Positions 1 through 14,097 of a stretch of 64,000 nt of DNA are shown piece by piece (within the stretch, counting starts at the first letter, position 1; each line of letters begins with the position of its first letter). Both the position numbers and the translations under genes were made by a program. The DNA comes from Heterodontus francisci (lineage: Eukaryota), in the NCBI RefSeq assembly GCF_036365525.1, contig NC_090404.1, forward strand, positions 4,278,001 through 4,342,000. Direction: 5' to 3'. The notes under the pieces were generated by a model. It had not been told where the DNA came from. It did no database searches and saw nothing but the letters and a program-made list of their open reading frames with translations.

Positions 1-108
1 GTCACTGTCGTCCCATCTAGCTATATGTCTGTCTATCTCCCAATCTATCTGTCTGTCTGTCGCACTAGATGGCTAGCTAGCTATCAAGCTATTTGTGTGG
101 CTATTTGT

Positions 109-122
109 CTATCTATCTATCG

Positions 123-172
<50 letters not shown>
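109..172. repeat. (TATC)n microsatellite
   Basis: Read directly. Confidence 0.95.
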
Positions 173-173
<1 letters not shown>

Positions 174-174
174 A

Positions 175-2820
175 GAATATAAGAAATAGGAGCAGGAGTC
201 GGTCATTCAGCCCCTCGAGCTAGCTTTGTTGTTCAATCAGATTATGGGCTGATCTGCTCATGACCTAAACTCCACTTTCCTGCCTGTCCACCATAACCCT
301 TGACTCTCTTATAGATCAAAAATTTGTCCAACTCACCTTTGAATATATACAATGACCCAGCTTCCACTGCCCTCTGGGGAAGAGAATTCCAACCACTAAC
401 GACACTCTGAGAGAAGAAATTCCTCTTCCTCCGTCTTAAATGGGAGACCCCTTATTTAGAGACTGTGCCCCCTAGTTCTAGATTCCCCCATGAGGGGAAA
501 CATCCTCTCCGCAGCTACCCTTTCAAACCCACTCAGAATCTTATATGTTTCAATAAGGTCATCTCTTATTCTTCTAAACTCCAATGAGTATAGGCCCAAC
601 CTACTAAACCATTTCTCATACGACAGCCCTTCATCCCAGTCACTGGACTAGTAATCCAGATGCCCAGGCTAGTGCTCTGAGGACATGGGTTAGAATCCCA
701 CCACGGCAGATGGTGAAATTTGAATTCAATTAATAAACCTGGAATTGTAAATACTAGTCTAATGTTGACCATGAAACCATGTCGATTGTTATAAAAACCC
801 ATCTGGTTCACTCATGTCCTTTCGAGAAGGAAATCTGCCGTCTTTGCCTTGTTTGGCCTACATGTGACTGCAGACCCAGAGCAATGTGGTTGACTCTTAA
901 AATGCCCTCTGAAATGGCCTCGCAAGCCATTCAGTTCAAGGCCAAATAAAGATGGGCAATAAATGTTCCCCTGGCCAGCGATGCTCGTGTCCCATGAACA
1001 AATAAAAGAAAGGGAATCGGCCTAGTGAAACGTCTCTGAACTGCTTCCAATGCAAGTACATCCCTCCTTATGTAAGAACACCAAAACTGTACCAATGCCC
1101 TGTACAGTTGCAGCTAAAGTTCCCTACTTTTATACAGCACCTTCCTTGCAATAAACACCAACATTCCATTTGCCTTCCTTATTACTTGCTGTACCTGCAT
1201 GCTAACTTTTTGTGATGCATGTAAAAGGATACCCAGATCCCTCTGTACCACAGCATTCTGCAGTCTCTCTCCCTGTAAATATTATTCTGCTTTTCTATCC
1301 TCCTGCATTATACTCCATCTGCCAAATTCTTGCCCAGTCTCTTAACCTATCTATATCTCTTTGCTGACAGTTGTGTCTTCCTTACAACTTGCTTTCCGAA
1401 CAATTGTCCACACATTTGGCTACATACACTCGGTCCTTTCATCCAAGTCATAAATATAGACTGTAAATAGTTGAGGCCCAAGCACTGATCCCTGTGGCCG
1501 TCCACTTGTTGTGGTTTGCCAACCTGAAAATGTGCCATTTACCCTGTCTCTCTGTTTCCTGTTAATTATCCAATCCTCTTTGTATGCGAACATATTACCC
1601 CCAACACCATGAGCTCTTATCTTGTGTAATAAACTTTTTTGTGGCAGCTTATCGAACGCCTTTTGGAAATCCAAAAGCACAACAACTGTTGGTTCCATAT
1701 TATACACCCTGCTTGTTACATCGTCAAAGCACTGTAATAAATTTGCAAAATACAATTTCCTTTTCATAAACCATGTTGACTCTACCTGGTTGCATGATAG
1801 AGTCATGGAGTCATACCGGTACAGGAGGAGGCCATTCAGCCCACCGAGTCCATGCTGGCTCTCTGTAGAGCAATCCAATCAACCCTGTTCACCAGTTCTA
1901 TCTCTGTAGCCCGGAAAATGTATTTCTCTCAAGTGCTCATCCAATTTCCTATTGAAATCATTCATCATCTCTGCTTCCACACTCTCGTGGGCAACAAGTT
2001 CCAGGTCATTACCACAAGATGTATAAAGCAGTTCTTCCTCATATAACCACTGCATCTGTAGCCAAAAACCTTAAAATTGTATCCTCTAATCCTTGCACCA
2101 TCAGCGAATGGGAACAGATTTGCTTTATCTACTCTATCCAAACCTGTCATAATCTTGCATACCTCTATCAAATCTCTCCTCAGTCGCCTTTGCTCCAAGA
2201 AGAACAACACCAGATCCTCCAACCTCACCTTGTAGCTAACATTCCTCATCTCTGGGGCCATTCTTATAAATCTCCTCTGCACCCTCACATCCTTCCTAAG
2301 TGTGGTGACCAGTACTATATGCAATACTTTAGTTGTGGCCTAACCCGAGCTTTACAGAGGCTCAGCGTAACTTCCCTGCCTTTGTGCTCAATACTTCTAT
2401 TTTTGAAGCCCAAGATCGCATATGCTTTGTTAACTCCTCTCTTACTATGTCCTGCTACCTTTGAAGATCTATACACATGAACCTCTAGTTCCCTCTGCCC
2501 CTGGACACTCTTTGTAACTGTAACATTTGGTCTATACTGCCTCGGCTTCCCCCTTTTGTCAAAATGCATCGCCTCACATATCTCTGTAATAACTTCCATC
2601 TGCCACTTGCCTGTCCGTTATACTTGCCTATGTATGTACTTTTGCAATTGATTTGTATCATCCTCATTGTCTGCCAAATGATTTTCTAAATGACCTGTTT
2701 CTATTTCCTTAATCATGAATTCTAGCATTTTTCCAATGACACATGTTCGGCTAACCTGGCTATAGTTCCCTGCTTTCTGTCACCTACTTTCTTGAATCGA
2801 GGTGTTACATTTGCGTTTTT
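175..2820 (-). mobile_element. Nested, degraded CR1-type LINE ORF2 (RT) fragments
   Basis: LDFQKAFDK and [11 protein letters not shown] motifs; typical CR1 3' ends. Confidence 0.9.
630..1010 (+). mobile_element. tRNA-derived SINE inserted in CR1 (3' tail shared with the LINE at 8470-9850); partial copy at about 53115-53355
   Basis: B-box-like GGTTAGAATCCC; tail GGGCAATAAATG...GGCCAGCGA...CCCATG. Confidence 0.7.
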
Positions 2821-2823
2821 CCC

Positions 2824-2824
<1 letters not shown>

Positions 2825-2890
<66 letters not shown>

Positions 2891-2941
2891 CTCTATCTAT
2901 CTATCTATCTATCCACCAATCTAGCTGTCTATCTATCTATC
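2825..2941. repeat. (TATC)n microsatellite
   Basis: Read directly. Confidence 0.95.
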
Positions 2942-5764
2942 TTTGTAAGAGATGTTTTACAGTGCAGCAATAAATAAGATAGGACCTGGTGTAATATAAA
3001 AAGAGACAGGAGAGAATGCAGTCTTGACTGAGACAGGGCTGTGGGTAATATAATTTGAGACTGGGCCTTGTGCAGTAATAACTGAGACATTGCCGAGTGT
3101 AAAATAACCAGATGCATGGTCCAGCCGAGTAATAATCTGGGCATGTTCTAGTGTAATATAAGCAACGACTGGGGGCGGCCTAGTGGAATATAAACCAAAA
3201 CAAGGTCATTTAAATTAAAAGTATGTGAGGGCCTTGTGTAATGTAACCAGAGACATGTTCTCGAGTAATAGAGACATCAACAGTCAATTTTATTGTAAAC
3301 AGAAACACCAGTTAATATCGCAAGAACTGAGAGAGGGCCAAGTGAAGCTAATAAAGCTGCATGACCTCAAATAAAATAAACTAAGAGAGATTTTTACTTC
3401 AATATCCTTCCTAATAGCATTGTGGGTGTACCTACTCCACAGGGACTGCAGCGGTTCCAAAAAGCAGCTCACTATCACCTTCTCAAAGACAATTATGGAT
3501 CGGCAATTAATGTTGGCCTGGCCAGCGACACCCACAACCCATTAAACGAATAAATAAAATAGACTTTCACTGCCATCCGCTGGCCAGACATTGCCATTGC
3601 TCCTACTGTGAAAATGTCAATGTCGTTTGCTGTTTCTGTAGTAATGTATCAAGAAACAACTCAACTAATTCCAGATGAACGTGACCGATTTGTGCCTCGA
3701 TACATCAGGAACAGTGCAAAGCGGTTGAATTCCAGTTTATGTATTTTTGTTGATCTTGGTTCAAGGGAGGAGTGTTGACCAGGACACAGTGTGGAACTAT
3801 GGGACTTTTAATGTCCACCTCAACAAAAAAGGGGTGGGGGAGAGATTATTGTTTCAAAATGTCCCTGGAATGATATGGCCCTTTCATTAATGGACCCATT
3901 GGAAGCCTGGTTAATATACTCAGTTTCTGAAGCTGACATGGAATCCACAAATTACTGATTCTGAAATCAGAGTCAAGTTGTGTTACCCAAGTTGCTTCTG
4001 AAATGTTTCCTGTGTCCAGGTGACATTTTATATCAACATTGGTGAATGCCATTGCTGTTACGCTTCCGTATACTGATATCACAAATAGCAACTTCTGGAT
4101 TACAATTACAAAACTTTTGATTGATACAATTGAAATTCATTGAATCATGGAATCTGACAGCACAGAAGGAAGCCATTCGGCCCATCGTGGCGACTGCTTG
4201 AAAGAGCTATCCAATCAGTTCCATTCTCCTGGTCTTTCTCCAAAGTCCTGAAAATCTTTCCTTTTCATGTAATTATACAATACACTTTTGAAAGTTACAA
4301 TTGAAAGTGGTTACACCAACCTTTAAAGTTCGCTGAACTTTAAAAATAAAACTCCTCATCTTCTCCCTTCTTCATTTACCATTGATTCTAAATCTGTGTC
4401 CTCTCGTTATCAACATTCCTGCCAGCGGAAACTTTGTCATGGATATTTTTCCATGCGATTTGTTTGGTTTGGAACGGGGAAATGTTTGTTCGAATGAGTG
4501 AGTTCAGAGGATTCAGTATTTCACCTTCTTCCTCAACACCTGAGGCCAAGAAGTTAGATGTTGATGTAGTGTAGCTGATATCAGCTTTGCCTGACACGGA
4601 AAAGGTCCCTGGTCACTTGGGAAACATTTCATTCAGTTTGTGACAGGATGTTGCTGGTTTACTGACAGTAATGTAAACTATTATCATTCGCCTGACAGAT
4701 GAACTGTTTTGTGATAAAAGCAGAAAGCGCTGCAAATACTCAGCAGGTCTGACAGCATCTGTGGAGAGAGTAGCAGAGCTACATTTTCAGGTCTGTGACC
4801 TTAACTCAGAACACAGATCAGCACTTTCTGTTTTCATTTCAGACTTCCATCATCGGCAGTTTTTCCTTTTATTGAACGCTTGCTTCCCTGGTCAGGAAAC
4901 AAACCCGGCCGTGGCTGCAGGAACTCCCAATTCTAACCACTAGACCATCAAGCAACAGGACCTGCGAGCTCCGGAGCCATTGTTGAAATAATTGAAGGTA
5001 TCGGTGTTAATTTCTTAATTTAATTTGTGCTGGATGCAAAACCATTTCATAACGCTGCTGCTTCCAGATCTATTTAAATGTGTCTGTATATTTCGTTCAC
5101 GTTTCGAGTCAGTCTGTCTTCAATCTGAAAGTAATTTCTGTCTGTTTATTTCCCTCTTACTTTTCATTTACACCTAAATATTATCACGGTCTTGTGTTTT
5201 ATTTCTCTCTTTGGGAAATATTGTGCTGTTCCTTTAAGACTGTAAAAGATCAGTGCAACTTTCAGGCAGTAAGTTCCGGAGGGTCAGTGAGCCAGGGTGC
5301 ATTCCGATTGCCAAACAGCAGCCACAGAGAAAGAGAGGACACGAGATTCAATGTTACAGGTTAGACTTTTAAAATTAGCCGAACAACTGTCAGAAGCGGA
5401 GCTCTGAGACAATTTAAACTGAAAAAAACTGTGTTATTTCTCTCTCAAAATTCTGCAAAGCGTCAAGCCGAATTAATTTTATAAAAAATATGAAAAGGCT
5501 TCTTCTTTCACAACAAGTTATCTGCTGTGTTCATTGCTGGAAAAAAAAGAAGAGGTTAATGCAACAGCTGCCGAACTGCTGAACCTTTATATTTGAGGTA
5601 TCCTTTTTCTCATGGGACCATGGAAGACTGCAAGTGAACTTTGACTGTAGTGTATTGGAAGACCAGTCGTAAGAATCGTAACTTACAGAGACTTGTTTAT
5701 TTGTTCTATTTCTGAGAGGAAGATACACTTACAAATCAACAATCTTTTAAAAACGAGTTTCTAA

Positions 5765-8300
5765 AATCAAAGAGTGATAGAGCACAGAAGCAGGCTCTTC
5801 GGCCCATCCTGTCCACGCCGGCCATCAAGCACCTATCCATTCTAATCCCATTTACCACCATATGGCCCATAGCTTTGTATGCTATGGCGTTTCAAGTGCT
5901 CATCAAAATACTTCGCAAATGTTGTGAGGGTTCATGCCTCCACCAAAATTTCAGGCAGTATGTTCCAGATTCCAACCGCACTCTGGGTGGTTTGTTTTCC
6001 TCAAATCACCTCTAAGCCTCCTGCCCCTTATCTTTAATCAATGCCCACTGGTTATTGACACCTCTGCTGAGGGAAATCGTTTCTTCCTATCTACCCAAAC
6101 TATGCCCCTCATAATTTTCTACCCCTCAATCAGGTCCTCCCTCAGACTTCCCTGCGCTTAGGAAAACAACCCTAGCCTATCCACTCTATCTTCACTCCTC
6201 AAATGCTCCAGCCCAGGCAACATCCTGGTGAGCCTCCTCTGCACCCTCTCCAGAGCAATCACATCCTTCCGATAGTGTGGCGACCAGAAGTGTACAGAGT
6301 ACTCCAGCTGTGGCCTAAATAGTGTTTTGTACAACTCCATCATAACTTCCCTGCTCTTATATTCTGTGCATCGCATAATATAGGCAAATAACCCAAATGC
6401 CTTCCTAACCACCTTATCTACCTGTGCAGCTGCCTTCAGTCTTCAGTGATACATGGACAAGTCCGCCAAGGCCCTTGTGACTCTCTGTACTTCCTAGGGA
6501 CCTACGACACATTGCATATTCTCCTGCCTTGTTAGTCCTCCCAAAATGCATCTCAGGATTAAATTATATTTGCCACTGCTCCGCTCATCTTATCAGCCCA
6601 TATATATCGTCCTGCAATCTAATGCTATCCTCCTCACTATTTACAACACCACCAATTTTCGTGTGATCTACAAATTTACTGATCATACCTCCTATATTCA
6701 CGTCTAAATCATGAATGTACACCACAAACAGCAAGGGCCCCAGCCCCGATTCCTGTGGTACACCACTGGTCACAGGCTCCCAATCGCAAAAACAACCCAC
6801 AACCACCACCCTCTGCCTCTTGTCACTAAGCCAATCTTGGATCCAATTTGCCAAATTATCCTGGATCCCATGGGCTCTTATCTTCTTTCCCAATCTCCCT
6901 TGCGGGACCTTATCAAAAGCCTTACTGAAGCCCATGTAGACGACATCAACTGCTTTAACCTCATCGCCACACCTAGTGACCTCCTAGAAAAATTCAATCA
7001 AATTTGTTAGACACAATCTCCCTCTGAAAAATCCATGCTGACTATCCCTTATTAATCACTGCCTCTCCAAGTGTAGTTTAATCCTGTACATCAGAACACT
7101 TTCCAAACGTTTCCCAACGACTGGTGATGGACTCACTTGCTTGTAAGCACCTAGTTTATCCCTCCTTCCCTTCTTGAATAACGAAACCTCATTCACTGTC
7201 CCCCAGTCCTCTGGCACTTCTCCTGTGGCCAGAGAGGTTTTGAAAATTTGTGTCAGAGCCCCAGTAATCTCCTCGCTTGTCTCACAAATCAGCCTGGGAT
7301 ACATCTCATCTGGGTCTGGGGATTTATCCACATTTAAGCCCACTAAAACCGTTCATACCTCCTCCCTTTCAATGCTAATTTGTTCAAGTACATCACAATC
7401 CCCCTCCCTGATCTTTTCACCTCCATCGTTCTTTTCCAATGTGAACACAGATGGAAAGTAATCATTTAAAACCTCACCTACATCTTCCAGCTCAACACAC
7501 AGATTGCTGCTTTGGTCCTTAATGGGCACGACTCTTTCCCTGATTATTCTCTTGCCATAAATATACTTATAAAACGCTTTGGGATTTTCCTTTATCTTGC
7601 CCACCCGTGTGTTTTTCAAGCCGCCTCTTCCCTCTCCAATTTTTTTTTCACTACACCCCGACACTTCCTCTCCTCCTCGAGGGCCTCCACAGCATTCAGC
7701 TCTCTGAATATGCCGTAGGGCTCCTTTTGTTTTCCTTATTCAATCCTCTATATCACTTGACATCTTGGGTTCCCCAGACTTATTGGTCCTACCCTTTACC
7801 TTTACTGGAATATGTTGACTCTGAACTCTCACTGTTTCCTTTTTGAATGACTCTGATATATACTTTTCTGAAAGTAGCTGGTCCCAGTCCAATTTGACCA
7901 GGTCTTGTTTTATAATATTTGAAAGCGGCCTTCCCCCAATGCAGTACCATTATTTCCGGTCCATCTTTGTCCTTTTCCATAACTACCTTAAATCTTACAG
8001 AGTCCTGTCCCCGAAATGCTTCCCCACTGACACTTCTAGCACTTTTCCGGCTTCATTTTCGATGCGCAGATCCGGTATGGCCCCTTCTCTTGTAGGACGT
8101 TCTACGTGCTGGCTAACAAAGATCTCACAGATGCACTTTAAGAATTACACCCCCTTTAAACCTTTTTCACTGAGACTATCTCAGCTAATATTGTGGAAGT
8201 TGAAATACCCTACTATTATTACCCTATTATTTTTACACCTCTCTGAGATTTGCTGACATATCTGCTCCGTTACCTCTCCGTGGCTGTTTGGAGGCCTGGA
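5765..8300 (-). mobile_element. Degraded CR1 LINE ORF2
   Basis: FSKAFDKVP, GVPQESGLGPLLF, KFVDHTK and LEYSVHFWSP motifs. Confidence 0.92.
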
Positions 8301-8469
8301 GTGCACTTGGGGGTACTCATTCAAGGAATGCACAAAATTAATTTGTAAGTGCAGCAGGCGATTAGGAAAGCAAATGGCGTTTATTACAAGGGGGTCGAAA
8401 TACAGGAAGAAAGAAATCTTACTGAAACACTGTCTGCATTTTTGGTCTCCACATTTAAGAAATGAATTT

Positions 8470-9850
8470 TTTATTCGTTACATGGGATGTGGGCGTCGCT
8501 GGCCACGCCAGCATTTATTGCCCATCCCTAATTGCCCTTGAGAAGGTGGTGGTGAGATGCCTTCTTCAACCGCTGCAGTCCATGTGCGGGTAGGTACGCA
8601 CAGTGCTATTAGGAAGGGAGTTCCAGGTTTTGATGCAGCGACAGTGAAGGAACAGCGATCTCGTTCGAAGTCAGGGTGGTGTGTGGCTTGGAGGGGATCT
8701 TGCAGGTGGTGGTGTTCCCAACCATTGCTGCCCTTGTCCTTCTAGTTGGTAGAGGTCGCGGCTTTGGAAGGTGCTGTCGAATGAGCCTTGCTGCATTGCT
8801 GCAATGCATCTTGTAGATGGCACACAGTGCTGCCACTGTGCGTCGGTGGTGAAGCGAGTGAATGTTAGTGGATGGGGTACCAATCAAGCCGGTTGCTTTG
8901 TCCTTGATGGTGTCCAGTTTCTTGTATGTTGTTGGAGCTACATCCATCCAGGCAAGTGGAGAGTATTCCCTCACACTCCTGACTTGTGCCTTGTCGATGG
9001 CAGACAGACATTTGGGAGTCAGGAGGTGAGTTACTCGCCGCAGGATGCCGAGCCTCTGACCTGCATTTGTAGTTACGGCTACTCCTGTATGTTTCTGATC
9101 AATGTTCACCCTCAAGATGTTGATAGTGGGGGATTCGGCGATCACAATGCCATTGAATGACAAGGGGAGATGGTTAGATTCTCTTTTGATGAAGATGGTC
9201 ATTGCCTGGCACGTCGGTGGTGTGAACGTTGCTTGCCACTTATCAGTCCTCACTGGATATTGTCCAGGTCTGGCTGTATTACTACACGGGATGCTTCAGT
9301 ATATGAGGAGTTGCGAATGGTGCTGAATATTGTGTATTCATCAGCGAACATCCCCACTTCTGACCTTATGATTGAAGGAAGGTCATTGATGCAGCAGCTT
9401 AAGATGGTTGGGCCTAGGACAGTACCCTGAGGAACTCCTGCAATGATGTCCTGCAGCTGAGAATTTTGACCTCCAACAACCACAGCCATCGTCCTTTGCA
9501 CTAGGTATGATTCCAACCAGTGGAAAAACTTCCCCCTGATTCCCATTGATTCCAGTTTTACTAGGGCTCCTTGGTGTCGTTCTCGGTCAAATGTTGCCTT
9601 GATGCCAAGGGCAATAATTCTCACCTCACCTCGAGAGTTCAGCTCTTTTGTCCATGTTTGAACCAAGGCTGTAATGAGGTCTGGAACTGAGTGGCCCTGG
9701 CGGAACCCAAACTGAGCGTCACTGAGCAGGTTATTGCTGAGCAACTGCCGCTTGATGGCACTGTCGGGGACACCTTCCATCACTTTACTGTTCATCGAGA
9801 GTGGACTGATGGTGTTGTAATTGGCCGGCTTGGATTTGCTCTGCTTTTTG
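8470..9850 (-). mobile_element. LINE RT fragment, second CR1/L2-like subfamily
   Basis: QFGFRQGHS, GVPQGTVLGP and MFADE motifs; 3' tail at about 8470-8540. Confidence 0.9.
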
Positions 9851-10759
9851 GGGAGGCGTTGTTGTAGAGGCATTGTCAATGCACTAGTAATCCAGAAACG
9901 CAGGGTATTCCCTTAAGGGAAGGAGTTCGAATCCCACCATGGCAGAAAGTGGACTAAAAGCAAAATACTGCGGATGCTCGAAATCTGAAATAAAAACAAG
10001 AAATGCTGGAACCACTCAGCAGGTCGGGCAGCATCTGTGGAGAGGGAAGCAGAGTTAACGTTAAGGGACACTGACTATGATGAGAGGTTGAATAAATTGG
10101 CCGATATTCTCTGGAGTTTAGAAGAATGAGAGATCTTCTAATTGACAGGGCAGAAGCTGAGAGATGGTTTTCACTGGTCAGGGAATGCAGAAAACTGGGA
10201 CACAGCCTTAGGATAAGGGGCCAATCATTCAGGCGTCAGATGAGGAGAAATTACTGCACTCAAAGCTTTGTGAATGTTTGGAATTCTCTACCACAGAGGG
10301 TTGTGGATGCTCCATTATTGCATACATTTAAGGCTGGGATAGATAGTTGTTTGGCTTCGCAAGGATTCAAAGGGTATGGGGAGTGGTAGGAACGTGGTGT
10401 TGAAGCCCAAGATCAGCCATGATCGTTTTAAATGGCGGAGCAGTCTCGATGGACCAGATGATCTACTTCTGCTCCTCTTGCTTGTGTTCTTGTGGGAGCT
10501 CCCTTGGGCAGTGGTATTTGGCAAATAGCCCTCTGGCTGGGTAATCTTTTGCTAGTTTCGATTGGATGCTGCTTTAATGCAACTGATGCGTTTAAAACTT
10601 GCCTCCTCCCAACTGAATAGAATTCCGCAAGTGTTGTTGTCGAGAGTTGTCGACATTTGCAATTTCAGTGAGATCTTTGTTTCACAGCAGAGGCTGTTTA
10701 TCGGTCTGACAGCGCCCTCTGGTGAGCACTAATCGGAACTCTCATTCTGGAGTTTTTGA

Positions 10760-13125
10760 CGAGAACATCGGAGCAGGAGCAGGCCATGCAGCCAATCGAG
10801 CCGACTCCACCATTCAACACGATCTTGGCAGATCATCCACTTCAACGACTTTGCCCACGCTATCTCCCCTTTATGTCATTGACGTCTAGAAATCATGTTA
10901 ATGATTGCTTTAAATATCCTCATTGACTGAGTTTCCACAAACCGATGGGGTAGAGAATTCCAAAGATTGAGTAATGACATTTCTCCTCATCTCTGCCTGA
11001 AGTAGTTTCACCCTTATTTTGAAATTGTGCCCCCTGGTTCTAGATCCCCCAACAAGGGGAAACATCTTACCTGCATCTACCCTGTCTATCCCCTTAAGTA
11101 TTTTGTAGGTTACAATGAGATCATCTCTCATTCTTCGAAACTCGAGAGAATACAGGCCCAGGTTCCCCACTCTCTTTTCAGAAGGCAGTCCTGCCATCCC
11201 GGGAGCAAGCCTGGTGAGCCTCGTTGCACTCTCTCTTTGGTAATAATATCCTTCCTCAGTAAGGGAACCAAAACGGCACACAATCCTGCAGGTGCTGTTT
11301 AACCGAGGTTTTATACAAGTGAAGCCAGACTTCACTAGTCCCGTACTCAAAACCTCTTGCAAAAAAATCTAACATATCATCAGCCTTCCTAATTGCTTGT
11401 TGCACCTGCATGTTCGCTTTCAATGACTTATTGACGAGGACACCCAGGTCTCTTTTACATCTGCTTTTATTTTAGAGATACAGCACTGAAACAGGCCCTT
11501 CGGCCCACCGAGTTTGTGCCGACCATCAACCACCCATTTATACTAATGCTACACTAATCCCATATTTCTACCACATCCCCACCTGTCCCTATATTTCCCG
11601 ACCACCTACCTACACTAGGAGCAATCGCTAATGGCCAATTTACCTGTCAACCTGCATGTCTTTGGCATGTGGGAGGAAACCGGAGCACCCGGAGGAAACC
11701 CACGCAAACACAGGGAGAACTTGCAAACTCCGCACAGGCAGTACCCAGAATTGAACCCGGGTCGCTGGAGCTGTGAGGCTGCGGTGCTAACCACTGCATT
11801 ATTTAATCTCTTACTATTGAAGAAATACTCTGCACATCTATTCCTCCTAGCAAAGTGAATAACCTCACATTTTTCCACATTATGTCCATCTGCCACGTTC
11901 TTGCCCACTCACTAGGTCTCTCCAAATCCCCTTGAAACCGCTTTGCATCTTCCTCACAACAGACATTCCCGTCTAGTTTTGTGTCATCCACGAACTTTGA
12001 AATATTACATTTGGTTCCCATATCTAAATCATTGACATATATTGTGAACAGCTGGAGCCTAAATACTGATCCTCGCGGTACTTCACTAGTCCCAGCCTGC
12101 TAATGCGAGAATTACCCATTTATTACTACTCTCTGCTTTCAGCCTGTTAACAAATCCTTAAACTACTCCGGTATATATTACCTCCCATCGCATGTGCTTT
12201 CATTTTGCTGACCAACCTCCTGTGGGGGACTTTATCACAACGTTCTGAAAATCCAAGTATACTACGTCCATTGACTCTCCTTCATCACTTCTGTTAGTAA
12301 TATCTTCGAAAAGCTTCTAAAGGTTCGTCAAACATGATTTCCCATTCATAAAACCATGTTTACTATGCACAGTCTGATCATTATTATCCAAGTGTCCACT
12401 TATTACATCCGTTACAATACATTCTAGCATTTCCCTAGCACTGATGTAAGACTAACAGGTCCGTATTTCCCTGTTTTCTCTCTCCCTCCCTTCTTAAATT
12501 GTGGGGTGACATTTCTAACCTTCCAATTTGCCGGAACCGTTCCAGAATCTATAGAACTTTGGAATATGATCACCAACACTTCCACTATCTCATTGTTTCC
12601 GCTTTTAAAACACTGGGATACGAACATAGGAATTCGGAGCAGGAGTAGGCCACTCAGCCCCTCGAACCTGCTACACCATTCAATACGTTCATGGCTGAAC
12701 TGATTATTGCACATTACCACCTACCCCCGATCATCTTTCACCCCCTTGCTTATCAAGAAGCTATCTACCCCCGCCTTAAACATATTAAAAGACTCTGCTT
12801 CCATTGCCTTCTGAGGAAGAGAGTTCCAAAGACCCACGACCCTCTGAGAGCACTGGGATGAGAGAGGGATATACAATATCAGGTCCCATGGACTTATCAG
12901 CATTTAGCCCTATTAATTTCTCCAATACAACCTTCTTACTAACACCAAATTCCTTCAATTACTCATTCTCCCTAGTCCCTTGAATCTCTAAAGCTGGGAG
13001 ATTTATTATACCTTCCTCAGTGAAGACTGACACAAAGTAAACATTTAGCTTCTCTACCATTTCTCTATTCCCCATTTTAAATTCACTTGAATCTGCCTGT
13101 AATGGACCCACATTTGCCTTAGCCT
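10760..13125 (-). mobile_element. Nested degraded CR1 fragments containing a V-SINE at about 11473-11797
   Basis: ISKFVDDTK and YGPVSLTSVLGK motifs; SINE V-domain sequence. Confidence 0.88.
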
Positions 13126-13126
13126 A

Positions 13127-13651
13127 ACGAGTCCGATGCATCCCTGAAGTAGTGCGGGGCTCATGGCGCAGAAATGCAAGGTGATGTTGGAGATCAGGGC
13201 ATTACCAATCGCTAGCTCAGTAATCTTGGCATCTTTGGTCAACATCGAAACAAACCAATTAATGATGTCGGTGTTCCTGTGTACATTCCCTCCATGAAGA
13301 TGAAGCATATACTGTGCCGGCTGCCCAGCGTGCTGACTGCACCAGTACATATAAGTGTGAGAATCGTTTCTCGTTTCAAGCTACACAGTCGTGCGATGTT
13401 ACTTTTCTCTTCAATTGTCATTTCAAGGACAGTCTGTTCAATTGTGTCTTGCTGGTTCAATTATAAGAGAATGTCATAGTAATAGTCATGATTAGAAGCA
13501 TTATCATCACCACCATCTCAATGAACATAATTATCATCATTTGACCAATAATGAAACCTCGGTTGCAGCAGGGAAAATGCATTTTTGCTTGAAAGGGCAC
13601 ATTACAGTAAAGTAATTTAATGATGATTAACAGTGGGAGCCTGTTCCATAT
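13127..13651 (-). pseudogene. TRAV/TRDV: TCR alpha/delta-type V pseudogene (leader 13606-13651; V about 13157-13460; degenerate RSS)
   Basis: Leader (ATA)WNRLPLLIIIKLLY|GT; DTIEQTVLEMTIEEKSNIARLCSL / frameshift / YMYWCSQHAGQPAQYML...ELAIGNALISNITLHFCAMSP; CGCACTA plus 23 nt, then LINE sequence. Confidence 0.75.
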
Positions 13652-14097
13652 GATGCTTTCTGAGTCTGTAACTCTGCAGTCTGGAAAATCCGCTGTCTGA
13701 GCGAACACATTTCCTAACCCATTGACCTTCTAACTCAGCCAGTGCCAAACAGGGAACGGCGACAGCAATCTCTCCATAAACACAGGGGAAGCAAGGCGGC
13801 TCAGGCCAGAGCAAATGAAATTTTGCGGGCGGGGCTGCCGCGGGGGCAGTGTTGACACACGGAGGATTCATTTGTAAGGAACTGAATTCATTCATAATGT
13901 CGCAATCTGAAATTGTATAACTCTGCCTGTCTCTAAGAGTGGTTTTACTTGCGTAATTATTGCACATTCGCTACAAGCAGGCTTGCGATATGAAAGACAG
14001 AATTATTATATTATTTGCAAGTTATCGAAATCTTCATCAGTGAAGTGGGTTAAAACTCGGGTGGGAATGTAACGGTGGGAAATGGAATGAAATGGTA

